Positions 50,860 to 64,000 of a stretch of DNA of 64,000 nt are shown in pieces. A program made the position numbers and the translations under genes. Below the pieces are notes generated by a model. The model worked only from the letters and a program-made list of their open reading frames with translations. It was not told the origin of the DNA and did not search any database. How positions within the stretch are numbered: position 1 is the first letter of the stretch; every line of letters starts with the position of its first letter. The DNA is from the human T2T-CHM13v2.0 reference genome, Homo sapiens: assembly GCF_009914755.1 (NCBI RefSeq), contig NC_060928.1; one strand, given 5' to 3'.

Positions 50860-52591
50860 AAAAAGGCATAGACAGTCACGGTGGCAGATATAGAGGTTAT
50901 GAATGGCTCAACAGCAAGACATACAGCTCACCATGGCTTATCTAGTTACTGCAAGTGTTTAATGTCCAACCAAGAAAAACGGATCAACACTGAGTCCCCT
51001 CCTCTATGAAACTACTGCTCAGGGAAACCAACAAGCAACTTGAGAACAAACAACAGCAATTCATTTTGACAAGAATCAACACTTCTTCGAGATTTGGGTT
51101 TGGCTTTCCTGCCTACAGTAACTTGCTTTTAACATTTTAAGGGCTCACATAGTATCTGATTTGCATCATGGGATCCTGCATATATTATATGCAGCCAAAT
51201 AATCCACTTTTCACTTCAAGAGATGCCACCATGAGTCTATGATTAAATTTTTTTTAACAATTTATCGAATTACCCAGAAACAGCTGCTACCTACAACCTT
51301 AGAATGGCCTCTGAAAGGCTCAATTAGTAAGGCATTAGTTTGGAGATGTTATCATGCAATGTTGGGACATTGTCATTCAATATGCTTTATATACTTTAAA
51401 TGAATAGCTATTATATGCATCCTTGAAAAGTAGAGTATACACATCTGGAACTTCACTCATGGAATTAGAAGTAGCTGCTTCACCATTACTCACCCTTGGG
51501 AAATTTGTGCTTTCATCAAGCTCTGCCGAACTAGAGGTCCTGGTTCCAGGGAAGAGATGTCTCTAACAGAAGACATGCTAAGGCATCCACTAAACTTTAA
51601 GTTAGGGCTAGGCTACTGTCTGGTGCTTTTAGTACCAGTAGACAAGCAGTTTAAAAAAAAAACAGATTTAATATAAAGGCAGGCAGAAGAAATTGATCCT
51701 GATTATTATGAGCAGACAATGCTACTGCTTCACAGCAGAGAAGGGATGAGTATATCTGAAATTCAAAAGGTTGACTGGTTTTCTTGGTGCTTCTAAACGC
51801 TAAATGTGAATTTGCCAAATAAGGCATGGTAACCACGAGTTCCAATCACTTAAGATGAAGCTCCAGAAACAGATCTTACCACAAGGATTCTTGTGAAAAT
51901 TTATTTATTAGGGAGATTTTCCTAGGAAAAACTAGTAATAGAGTACATTAAATGGGACTGGGAATGGATGAAGGCCAGTCAAGGGTATGATGCCAGGCAA
52001 AGATCCATGGAGAGAAAGTTTTTCATTCCATAAGAGAGCCCCAGGGACAGTATATGTTATATCTCAGAGTGGTACTGAACAAAGGTAAGAGAATTGGAAT
52101 ACTTATATCTTTTCACCTGCCAGTCATTGGTTAAGAGATGCCCCCCATGTGGACGTAAACTCCCATCCACTTCCGAGTCTCCTTTTCTATAGGCAAAGTG
52201 GGTTCCAGCAGCCTGACAATTGAGCAGTGACGATATAATGCAGGTACTGACTGTTGGACATGAAAGAACATTCAGAGGCAGCATGCACAAAAAACATAAT
52301 GAAGGACAGAAGGGGATGTTGGCAAAGCAACTGCTACAGTCTGTCTAGGTTACACCACTGGGCAAGCAACAGAGAAGTGTTAGGTGATGGTGTGAGGTAA
52401 TTTAGAATCCATGGTAGAGAAGGGAAATAACAAATATCATTCATAACCTTGGGATAATTGGAAGTAGCAGAGACTAAAGCTTGAAGTTCAATCTCCCAAT
52501 CTTTGTAGTATAAGTAAGGCCTTTTTCTTTTTTAAGAAATTGTGACCAGCCACCACCTGGACAAATGGAATCTGAGCATGCAAGGAATAGG
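50860..52591 (+). mobile_element. ERVL (HERV16-like) internal 3' remnant
   Basis: Integrase-like cacggtggcagatatagaggttatgaatggctc, tttggctttcctgcctac and gaatggcctctgaaaggctc; ends in a PPT-like gcaaggaataggc before the LTR. Confidence 0.65.
51850..52338 (-). mobile_element. LTR16-family solo LTR nested antisense in the ERVL internal region
   Basis: cagaaacagatc...caaggattcttgtg; ccagtcattggttaag; ends ctgctaca (TGTAGCAG on the minus strand). Confidence 0.65.
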
Positions 52592-53083
52592 CTGTAGCAA
52601 ATAAAGTGAGTGCCCTACCCATATTCCTTGAGTCTTTCAATTAGAGTGCTGTTTGGAAATCTTCCAACTGCCAGGATCTGCATCTGTGTGTCTGAAAGCT
52701 TATTCTAGATCTCTACAAAACAGTTCTGTTCACAGGTGCAGCAGGCTGGAAATGTCAGGAAATTAACACTTTTTCTCCTTCTCTTTCTTGCTAGAAAGAA
52801 GTATCCTTCAACCAACTCTGATTTATAAATATCACTCTCTCTTGCTCTTCTGATGGATAATTCTGAAGCATGCATTTTACACAGTTTCCCAGTTTCACTG
52901 TAGAATTAAGCTTCAATCCTTCATCGTGGTAGCCATTTTAAAGTTGTATGTTTTTTCTAGAGGGTTTTCTTCATTTTCTCACTTCCTTATTCCTCTGCTG
53001 ATGTTTCCTACCCCTTCTAAATAAACTACTTACACTCAAAACCTGTCTTAGGGTCTGGTTCTGGGGGAATTCAAACTATAATA
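52592..53083 (+). mobile_element. LTR16 (3' LTR of the ERVL remnant)
   Basis: tgtagc start; cttccaactgccagg; aaataaactacttacactcaaa...tcttagggtctggttctggggg end. Confidence 0.75.
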
Positions 53084-53986
53084 CCCTTTAAGCTAAAGTT
53101 TTTATCTAGACCAATTATATAAACACATGGAGTCTTGAGAGAATGATGTGGGAAGAATCTTTGGAGACAGATATTAGAGTGCTGTGAGTGTTACCTGTTG
53201 AATAGAGAGAAAGCATAAAGGTGCCTCCTTCTTCACCTGAAGTATATTAAGAAGGGCTACAGGGATGAACAAGTTGGTTTGTGTTTTCTGCAATTTAGAG
53301 ACACCGGGGACTGAACCATCTGAAAAAACTGAGAAGAGATGGGCTGCTAGTTCCCTCATCCAAAGAGATATAGCTACCCTTTTCAGAGCAAAAACTACTT
53401 TAATATGTGAACAAGACATGGGCCATGAAGTAGTAAAGCTAGCTCAAAGTAAGCTTCTTTCCAGTAGAAATGCTAATGGGGAAGGGCAAATGGTCTCCAA
53501 CAGAGAGTGTCTGCTTGGAGAGCACTGCTGGAAAGCCAGGAGCTGAGGAGTGAGCCAACAGCTGGAGGAATAGTGTGCATATAAGGGACACTATAAGATT
53601 TATAATCAAAGGGACCTAAGAGAAGTTTCCAAAGAATCCATGGTAAGCATAATCTAGGCCTAGAGGTAATGATGGCAGTTTATAACCCATACCAGTAAAA
53701 TAAAAACTTTCTTTTCTTCTTTTTCTTTTCTTCCTTCCTCCAAACTCCAGAAGGTCAGAAACAGCAGCTTGCAAGTGGTAGAGTAGCCTAGCAAGAAAGA
53801 GAAAAGAAACCCATTTCATACTTTTCTATAGTGGACAGGAAGTCTACAGGCTTTACCTTTGACCTGGACTGGACATTCTGTTTTTTTGTTTGTTTGTTTG
53901 TTTTTAAAATAAAAACTGAGTTTTAAAATTTGAAGATGGCATTGAACTTTTTATTGCCTAAGATAACCCAGAAACCTCACAGGACT

Positions 53987-54447
53987 TATTACTGGTTGAA
54001 TTGTGGCCCTCCAAAAGTTATGTTGAAGTCTTAACCCTGAAATCTGTTCATGTGATCTGATTTGGAAATAGTATCTGTACAGATGTAATCAAGTCAAGAA
54101 GAAGTCATTAGGGTTGGCCCTAATTCAGTAAATTAGTGTCCTTTTCTTATAAGAGGAAAACACCATGCGAAGACAGACATAGGACCAGTGATGATGGAAG
54201 CAAAGATTGGAGTGATGCATCTCTATAAGCTAAGGAGCTCCAAGAATTACTGGAAAACTACCAGAAACTAGGAAGAGTCAAGGGACAATTTCTCTACAGG
54301 GAAGGATTCCTCTTCAGAGGAAGCATAGCCCTGAGAACACCTTGATTCTGGACTTCTAGCCTCCAGAAGAGTGAGATAATACACTTTGCTGTTCTAAGCC
54401 ACCTAGTTTCTGGTATTTAGTTACGGCAGCCCTGCGAAGCTAATTCA
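53987..54447 (+). mobile_element. MLT1B/C solo LTR
   Basis: acaccttgattctggacttctagcctccagaa; TSD ggact/ggacc. Confidence 0.8.
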
Positions 54448-54524
54448 GGACCTGCCAGAGTTTTCAAATCTTTGCAGGAAAAAAACTTTTCTTGCTAAAT
54501 AAATGTTAAAAGCACAAGGAGAAC

Positions 54525-55122
54525 AATCTAAAAATAAAATTAAGAAAACAGTTCCATTTACAATAACATCAAGAATAATAAAATATTTAGTAATACATTT
54601 ATAAAAGAGGTTCAAGACATGTACACTGAAAATTACAAAACATCATTGAAAGAATAAGATATACATACATAAAAAGAAATCTCATATTCAGTGTTTGAGA
54701 GCACAAAAAATATTCAGATGGTAATGTAGTCTCTGTCAAAACCTTAGCTGAATTTTTTTTTGCAGAAATTGAAAACCTTATTTTAAAATTTATATGGAAA
54801 TTCAAGGGACTCAGAATACCCAAAACAATCTTGAAAAAGAAGAAAGTTAGAAGATTCACACTTCCTGATTCCAAAACTTATTACAAAGCTACAGAAGTCA
54901 AGACAGTGTGGTACTGACATAAAGATAGACATAAAGATCAATGGACTAGAATTGAAAGTCCAGAAATAAACTCTTACATTTATAATGAATTAATTTTAGA
55001 CAGGGGTACCTAGACAATCAAATTTAGGAAGAATAGTCTTTTCAACCAATTGTGCTGAGACAGCTGGATATCCATCTACAAAAACATAAAGCTGGATTCC
55101 TATCTTTCACTACATAATAAAA
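54525..55122 (+). mobile_element. L1MB/MC ORF2 3' fragment
   Basis: tatatggaaattcaagggactcagaatacc; acttattacaaagctacag. Confidence 0.75.
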
Positions 55123-55621
55123 TCAGTATTACAATAGGTAGAACACTTAACCAGGAGATTTGCAGGTATCTCAAAGGGTAGGCAGAAAAGGGTTTTGTTT
55201 TTTTTTTTTATAGGGAGGAGTGAACAAGGCTAGAAAGAATCAGTATAAGTGGGATAAACAAGAGGGGTGGGATAAAATGGTAAATCAGGGCATGTTCTAC
55301 TCTGAGGTCAGACTAATCTCAGGAGGGACTGATAAGGAGGACTGGCCCAGGCTGGGAATGGATCAACATTCAGGCATCCGGGAAAGATGATAAACTTAAC
55401 CAAAATTTTTCATTAACAAGCATTTTGTTTTAATTCATCACTGGAGACAAAACAGTTCAGCTAACATTTATGATGCGAAGGACGGACATTTGGAGGGTGT
55501 GTTTCTGGCATTAATAGGTAACTAAGGGGACATGTGTGATCCTTTTCTAGTTACGTGGTGAAAGAGGGCTGTTCTTTGCAGTCATTTCTCAGAACACAAA
55601 AGGTTAAGAGTATTTACGTTA

Positions 55622-56923
<1,302 letters not shown>

Positions 56924-57483
56924 AAGAGTATTTACGTTATTACTATATATTTTCCAGGAGGACAAGGCTTAGTAAAATTCAACACTGTGATTACTTAAAT
57001 GCAAAGATTGCTAATTTCAGCTTCCCAGCAGAAGGGAAAGGGAGAAAGCCACAATTTTATAGAATTCTGAGACCCAGAACCCCCAAGCAAAGGTGTACAC
57101 AGGAGCAAAGAATGAATGAGCTCCAAGAGCAGAGCTGGCTGGAGGAGAACCTAGTCATGTGTCATCCCTAACTCTCTAAGCAAGTCAAAGAACCCCCAAA
57201 TCAGTAAAAGGAGACAATCCAATTAAAATATCGTAGACTCAGAGTAGAAAAATACCTACTAGCCATTGCATACTAAACAGGGGAGAAACTATGAACCTGA
57301 TTTTCAGAATTAGATCAGAAAAGTGAGGCTGCTCATAACCAAGTTATTATTTGAAGGGCTAAGGACACATCATCAGCCTTGCCAAGGCTGTTCATTAATG
57401 GTAAGTCTAGGTAGCACTCACTCCTAGAATGTGTAACAAGAAGGAAAAATGAAGAATGTGGAAAATTCCAGACCAAGACTCAT

Positions 57484-57560
57484 TTCACTCCAGCCTGGTG
57501 ACAGAGTGAAACTCCGTCTCAAAAAAAAAAAAAAAAAAAAAAGAAAGAAAGAAAAGAAAA
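57484..57560 (+). mobile_element. Severely 5'-truncated Alu with A/GAAA tail
   Basis: cactccagcctggtgacagagtgaaactccgtctc followed by A25. Confidence 0.85.
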
Positions 57561-57690
57561 ATAATGGCAGTGAAAATGACTTTCTTCAAGAAATGCATGA
57601 AAATTAAGAAAGAAAACCACTGGTTGGCACTCTTGATATTTTTAAAAATCATAATACAGTTTTAATAAAATTCAAGAACCTTAGCCTTCA

Positions 57691-58004
<314 letters not shown>

Positions 58005-59199
58005 GGAAAAGAAAAATTATAGATAAGAGTAGAATTGCATGAAAAAGACAAACGGGGACTTTAAAATTCAATTACAATTTAAATGTTAGCTGAAGGCTGT
58101 AAAAACAAAACATAGCCTAAAAATTGAATTTCTAGTGTGAAAGACAAAAACATAGCACTCATTAAGAATGCAGAGAGAAAAGACAAACACAACATAAGAA
58201 ATAATTTTAAGCTAGAAATCATAGATGTTAAAATGGAAGACTAATATTCAGAGATACAATAGGATAAAAATTTTCTCAAATAACGAAAAGGGAGATTCTT
58301 CAATCCAAAGGAGCCTGAGGTTACAAGTAATTTCAGTGAAATAAAAAGTCAGACTCGGACCTAACCTAGTAATTTTTTACTTAAATGTTAATTTTGTTTT
58401 AACCTTCAAATCATTCATGCAGATTTTTTCAAATAAATTTTTTTTAAAAAATTACAAAAGAGGTAGAGAAAAAGGGGAAGAAAGAATAACCACAATCAAG
58501 AATTAGAAAGAAGATGGAAGATAAAAGTGAAAGTTTGGGTTTTGTTGAAGATGTGCTATCATTCCTTTTTTTTAACACGAATATAAAATAGTTGCACAAT
58601 AATATTTTGGTAAAAAGGGAAACGTTCAAAAGCTGATCTAAGTTTGAACTCCAAAAACAAATTATGGACTAAAATATAATAATATGTATCATAACATTTA
58701 ACTTCAAATAACATTCACCTTCAAATAACATTCCTAATATAGATAGCAATTTAAACCAGCTCCTTTAAATTTTTGAGTAGCTGAAAATTCAAAAAGATGT
58801 AATCATCTCTGAGTTATGCAAAATTATGGAAAACTGTTTTAAGTCATTTTATCCATGAGCTTAATATCACACATACACATACGCATGCACACACACACAC
58901 ACAATAGTTTCCAATTTCACTAATAATAATAGGAACTAATTTCACCAAAAACACTGATAATATTTAGGTATGCTTCTTTGGGTTGCAATTTTTTTTTTCT
59001 AGAAACTACTGAAACAACAAAAGAAAAAATGAGGCATAATAGCTCCACCCTTTGTCAAAGAGGATACAATTATCAGAAATAAAGGGGAAAGGTGTATCTA
59101 TAAGCATATTCATTGCATTATTATTTAACAAGAGTAATTAAAAATTAGAAACAACTGTAATCAAACAATTGACATATATTACTTTTTATCTTTAAAGCT

Positions 59200-59798
59200 T
59201 TTGTTAATTTTGTTTTATTAAGTTCCGGGGTACATGTGCAGGACATGCAGGCTTGTTACATAGGTAAATGTGTGCCATGGTGATTTGCTGCACCTGTCAA
59301 CCCATCACCTAGGTATTAAGCCCAGCATGCATTAGCTATTTTTCCTGATGCTCTTACTCCCTCTTCCTCCCCTCCCCCAACAGGCCCCAGTATGTGTTGT
59401 TCCCCTCCCTGGTCCATGTGCCCTCATCCTTCAGCTTCCATTTATAAGTGAGAACATGCAGTTTTTGGTTTTCTCTTCCTGTGCTAGTTTGCTGAGGATA
59501 ATGGCTTCCAGCTCCATCCAGTGTCCCTGAAAAGGACATACTCTCATTCCTTTTTATGGCTGCATAGTATTCCATGGTGTATATGTACTGCATTTTCTTT
59601 ATCCAGTCTAACATTGATGGGCATTTTGGTTGATTCAATGTCTTTGCTATTGTAAATAGTGCTGCAATGAACATATATGTGCATGTATCTTTATAATATT
59701 AATAGAATGATTTCTATTCCTTTGGGTATATACCCATTAATGGGATTGCTGGGTCAAATGACATTTCTGGTTCTAGGTCTTTAAGGAATTGCCACACT
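59200..59798 (-). mobile_element. L1PA10-like 3' end
   Basis: cctaggtattaagcccagcatgcattagctatttttcctgatgctc. Confidence 0.85.
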
Positions 59799-60015
59799 GG
59801 ATAGAGCTGGAATCCATTATCCTCAGCAAACTAACTCAGCAACAGAAAACCAAATACCACATGTTCTCACTTATAAGTGGGAGCTGAAAGATGAGAATAC
59901 ATGGATACAGGGAGGGGAACAACACACACTGCGGCCTGTTGGTTGGGGAAGAAGTGGGAGGGAGAGCATCAGGAAAAATAGCTAATGCATGCTGGGCTTA
60001 ATACCTAGGTAATGG
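59799..60015 (+). mobile_element. Inverted L1PA10-like 3'UTR piece without a tail
   Basis: Reverse-complement match to 59303-59520. Confidence 0.85.
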
Positions 60016-61649
60016 TATTACCCACTCCTGAGTCATACAGGTGATACTCCAGGCCCGGAATAGGTTTCCCCTGTGCCAACACCTAGCTCAATATTATTCA
60101 TAATTTTCATGTCCTTTTTCACAAATCACAGCCATCCAAAAGCCTGTTCAGACTATTAGATCAAATGCATACATGTATTTTACAATATTTATCTGTGCAT
60201 ATAAATCTATGCTTTGGCTAGAAGACTTACCGAAATTAGTTTTTTAAATTCGTGTTTTATATATTTATATAAACTTCACAAATCCACTACATCATAAGCA
60301 CTAAGATACTGAAATGAAATATTTGTTTAAAAAATATCAGTGAAAACAGAGCAACCATGTGTATTTATAATCTATTGGGGGAAAGAAATCAAGCATTTAT
60401 ATTTAGACTAGAAATGCATGTGCAAGCTTCAATATTTTCAGAAATATTTTCCTCTGTTTTCAGCTTCTTTGGTAATGAGCAAATAAAGCATCCTGTCACC
60501 TAAAATATAAAGGTAAGGGATTTGGAAACAAGACATGCCACGTGAGCATTTTTTCTATGTAATGCCAGAGTCAAATCTACAGAGAAGAAAGGAGGCTTAT
60601 AATGACACATAAGTAGTTGTGAGAAAAGACATCACCAGCAGTTTCCTGACAGAAAGACTGAGATTTAATCACCCGAAGCTGCTTTTGCAGCCACTGCTGA
60701 GGCATGTTAGCTTCACTGTCAGGGAGCAGGATGCCTGTCAAGACCGCAGTAAAGCAAACGGAATCGCTGCCAACGTGCTGCCTACAGACAGCAGATGAGC
60801 CTCATACGCCATTTATTTTACTTCTGCACATTTTGATCTTGTGTTATGTTATCTATAGAAAACACCAAGCCTGTATATCACTACAAAGGAACATCAAGAG
60901 AGAAAAGATTGTTATTAAGCCTATGAAAAGGGAGAGAAAAAAAGTTCCTTTGGAGTTATTTAAGATACTCAACAGAATCCTGCTGAGCAAAGCAGAGATT
61001 CATTTTAATCATAACTTCAAAAGCTATTGGCTTTTAAAGGCATATAATTAAAAATTTTGACTTGGAAGGAGGGATGAGATAATGAGCTTTATATATTATG
61101 TGTATTACAGTAATAGTTCCATATGTAGAGAGGCTCCTTAAGTCAGCTAAGTCAGTATTGGTTCCACAGGTAAGAATGTCCCTTAAATCACACTGCTTAT
61201 GTGACCTTGAGCAAGTAAGGTCACCTCTGTGTTAATCTGTGTGGAAAGAGTACTAACAGATTAACTTTTTTCCATTCCATACAGCTAGAGTAAATTTCCA
61301 GATTATCACATTTTATACTTCGTATCACCCTTTTGATTAATTATCATTATAATTGTTTAATAAATATTTGTTATTAAAATACTATATAAAATAAAAATGA
61401 TTGTGTGGTCTCATGTTCACCCTTACTGGAAAAATGTGAGGCTACATAGATGATTGGAAGAAGGCAAAAGAGGACTATTGTCACAGCATTGGAAAAAGGA
61501 CTAACTAAATGTAGAATTTTCATTAGTTTTAGAATTAATTCATCTTGATAGATTATTGTGCCTACGAGAGTAGACTTACATGCAATTTGAGGCATCCAAA
61601 TGATTATTACAGAAGTTTTCTTAGCCCTCATGAAATTATAAAATAAAAT

Positions 61650-62322
61650 CCTGACCATAGTAATAGCCACTAAGTACTGAGCTGACACTATGTGCTCTCC
61701 GTAAGTATTACCTGTAGTGGGCTGAATAATGGCATACCCGCGCCCCACCCTGAAAAGATATATCTGCCCTGAACCTAGGAATGTGAACTAGTTTGAAAGA
61801 AGGGTAAAAATATAATTAAGGATCCTGAGATGAGACCATCCTGAATTAGGGAAGGCACTAAATCCAATGACAGGTGTTCTTATAAGAAAGAAGAGGGAGA
61901 TTGAACAGAGACACACAGACGGCCGCGTGAAAATAGCAACAGAGATTGAAATGGTGCAGTCCCAAGGAGTCTTGACAGTCACCAGAAGCTGGATGAGGCA
62001 AGGAAGGATTGTCTTCTAGCATCTGCATACAGAGTGTGGTCCTGCCAACACCTTGATTTTGGATTCCTGGCCTCCAGAACTTGAGAGAATAATTTTTTGT
62101 TTTTTAAGACTCCAAGTTTGCAATAGTTTGTTACAGCAGCCGTCAGAAACTCATACAGTATTTTCATTTTATTCTCATAACAACTATAAGGAGCAGATGC
62201 TACTGTCCCATTTTCTATATGAAGAAATTCTGTCTCAGAAAAGAAAGTAATTGACTTAAGTTCACTAAGCAAGAGCGTGACTGAGCCAGGATGTGCACCA
62301 GGTCTATCAAGTTATAAAGCCT
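61650..62322 (-). mobile_element. MIR split by MLT1
   Basis: attctcataacaactataagg...cccattttctatatgaagaaa...gagccaggat. Confidence 0.65.
61713..62157 (+). mobile_element. MLT1B/C solo LTR
   Basis: tgtagtgggctgaataatgg ... tttgttacagcagcc...aaactcataca. Confidence 0.8.
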
Positions 62323-62984
62323 TTTTCTTTAAAGCCAATTTTAAACTTTAAAAAACCACAAACAAACAAACAAACCCTTTCTTCTTCTAACTCTCTGGCT
62401 TCTGTCTTATAATTCCATGCCTCTTTCCTTACCATTTTCTAGAAAAAGTGAACAAGTTTATGCTAAGAATGCATTAAGATCATTCTACTCACATTCTTTT
62501 AAGTCAAGAAGCTCCTAAAGTGGGTTGAGGAGGAAGGAAACATTGAAAATTTGCTTAGTTAATGAACCCCATAAGGTCATTTTTAAAGTTTGCTTGGCAT
62601 CTCAGAGTCTAAGGAAACACTGCTGTATGACTTTTTATTGAGGGTGCTGAACCTCAGTATCAACCTCTCTCTTATTTATTCATAGTTTCTCAAAGGGGCC
62701 TCTGGGTTCCTTGATGATAGTTCCCAAGGATCTGGGAGTTCTCAGATCATCTTTGAAAAAAATTCTGACTGGCCCCACTAGAAACAAGTCACTGTGTAAA
62801 ATCGCAACTGCTGAGGGATATCCCCCCAAAAAAATTCAGACCTGCCAATCAATTCCAGCCCTGAGCATTGTTTCCACTTCCAGGAGGTCAATTGTCACAG
62901 ACTATTTACAAAGATGAGTCTGGAAATTCCTCCCCACTCCCATCCTGTCCACTATATTGTACTTATTTTCCTACATTCTCACAT

Positions 62985-63460
62985 TTACTTTTTTAACAGT
63001 TTTCTTGAGGTATAATTTAAATAAAATAAAGTTAAACTACTATAAGTATACATTTTATGCATATTGGCAATGTACACAGTCATGCAGCCACAACAATCAA
63101 AATAAAGAATATTTTTGTCACCACAAAAATCTTCCAGATGCCCTTCTGAGGTCAATCGCATTTTCCTACCCCTAGCCTCTGGCATCCATTATCTGCTTTC
63201 TGTCACTATAATTCTGTTTTTCCTAGAACTTCACATAAACAGAATCATCATGTATACAGTCTTTCATGTCAAATTTCTTTCACTGAGCATGATGTTTTAA
63301 ACATTCATTCAAAATGCAATCTGTTTTGCATTGTTCAGTAGTTCATGCCTATATGTAGCTGAATTTCCACTGTATGGCTGTACCACAATTTGTTATCTAT
63401 TTATCAGCTGATGAACATTTGGATTGCTTTCAGTTTGAGTATATTATTAATAATCCTGCT
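62985..63460 (-). mobile_element. L1MB/ME 3' end
   Basis: ttgaggtataattt; atctgctttctgtcactata; ttcactgagcatgatgtttt. Confidence 0.75.
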
Positions 63461-63583
63461 TACATCTAATTTTATTTATTTACCTCACTTTTCTTTCTTA
63501 TCTTCTTTTCTTCTCTATCTTCAATACAATCTTCCTCTTTCCTATTCCAAATTGACCAGAAATAAAGTTCTATGGACCCGGAG

Positions 63584-63797
63584 TAGTGATTCTCAACTAG
63601 GGATAATTTCAGCTCCCCGGAGATATGTGACAATACTTGAAAGTATTTTTGATTGTCATGACTTAGAAGAGGAGATGCTACTGGCATCTAGTGGATAGAA
63701 CACAGGGATGCTGTTAAATATCCTGAAAAGGGCAGCCTCCCACCAACAAAGAAGTATCCAACCCAAATATCAGTAGTGCAGAAGTTGAGAAACCAAA
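63584..63797 (+). mobile_element. MER20 (hAT-Charlie)
   Basis: agtgattctcaac...gctactggcatctagtgg...gttgagaaacc. Confidence 0.85.
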
Positions 63798-63843
63798 GTG
63801 GATGGAATGATCTTATACAGAAGCACATTCCATGAAACCTGTT

Positions 63844-63969
63844 GCTATGGTCTGAATGTTGGTGTCTCCTCAAAATTCATATGCTAGGAACTAACACTCA
63901 ATGTGATTGTATTAAGAGGTGGGGTATTTTGTGAAGTGATTAAGTCATGAGGGTCCTGCCCTCATAAAA
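63844..63969 (+). mobile_element. MST/MLT1A-type LTR 5' part
   Basis: gctatggtctgaatgttggtgtctcctcaaaattcatatg; gattaagtcatgagggt. Confidence 0.7.
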
Positions 63970-64000
63970 TTTTATTTTATTTTATTTTATTTTTTCAGAG
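63970..64000 (-). mobile_element. Probable Alu tail running off the window edge
   Basis: (TTTTA)n then tcagag, resembling the ttttgagac start of an antisense Alu. Confidence 0.5.

Overview
Primate, most likely great-ape/human-type, AT-rich intergenic or intronic DNA made mostly of transposable elements. I see no convincing host protein-coding gene, RNA gene or CRISPR array; nearly all long ORFs in the track are L1 or Tigger1 remnants. The window holds three full-length L1s (L1PB minus, L1PA2/3 plus, L1PA8 minus), several truncated L1s, AluY/AluS copies, solo LTRs (LTR7C, MER11C, MER67, MST, MLT1, LTR16, MER31), ERVL internal remnants and DNA transposons (Tigger1, Tigger3, MER2, MER47A, MER20). 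Subfamily names come from my recall of consensus sequences and need RepeatMasker/Dfam confirmation. The strongest signal is that the four co-oriented young L1s (A 16900-22950, B 39084-41722, C 45637-49710, D 55622-56923) share non-consensus variants, including a stop codon, in a mosaic four-gamete pattern. This points to ectopic gene conversion among neighbouring L1s. Other highlights: foreign DNA patches inside two L1s (one replaces the RT FADD active site with an ancient L2 fragment), a ~770-bp 3' transduction, an Alu+L1 pair within one target-site duplication, and an intact ORF1 with a read-through C-terminal extension.
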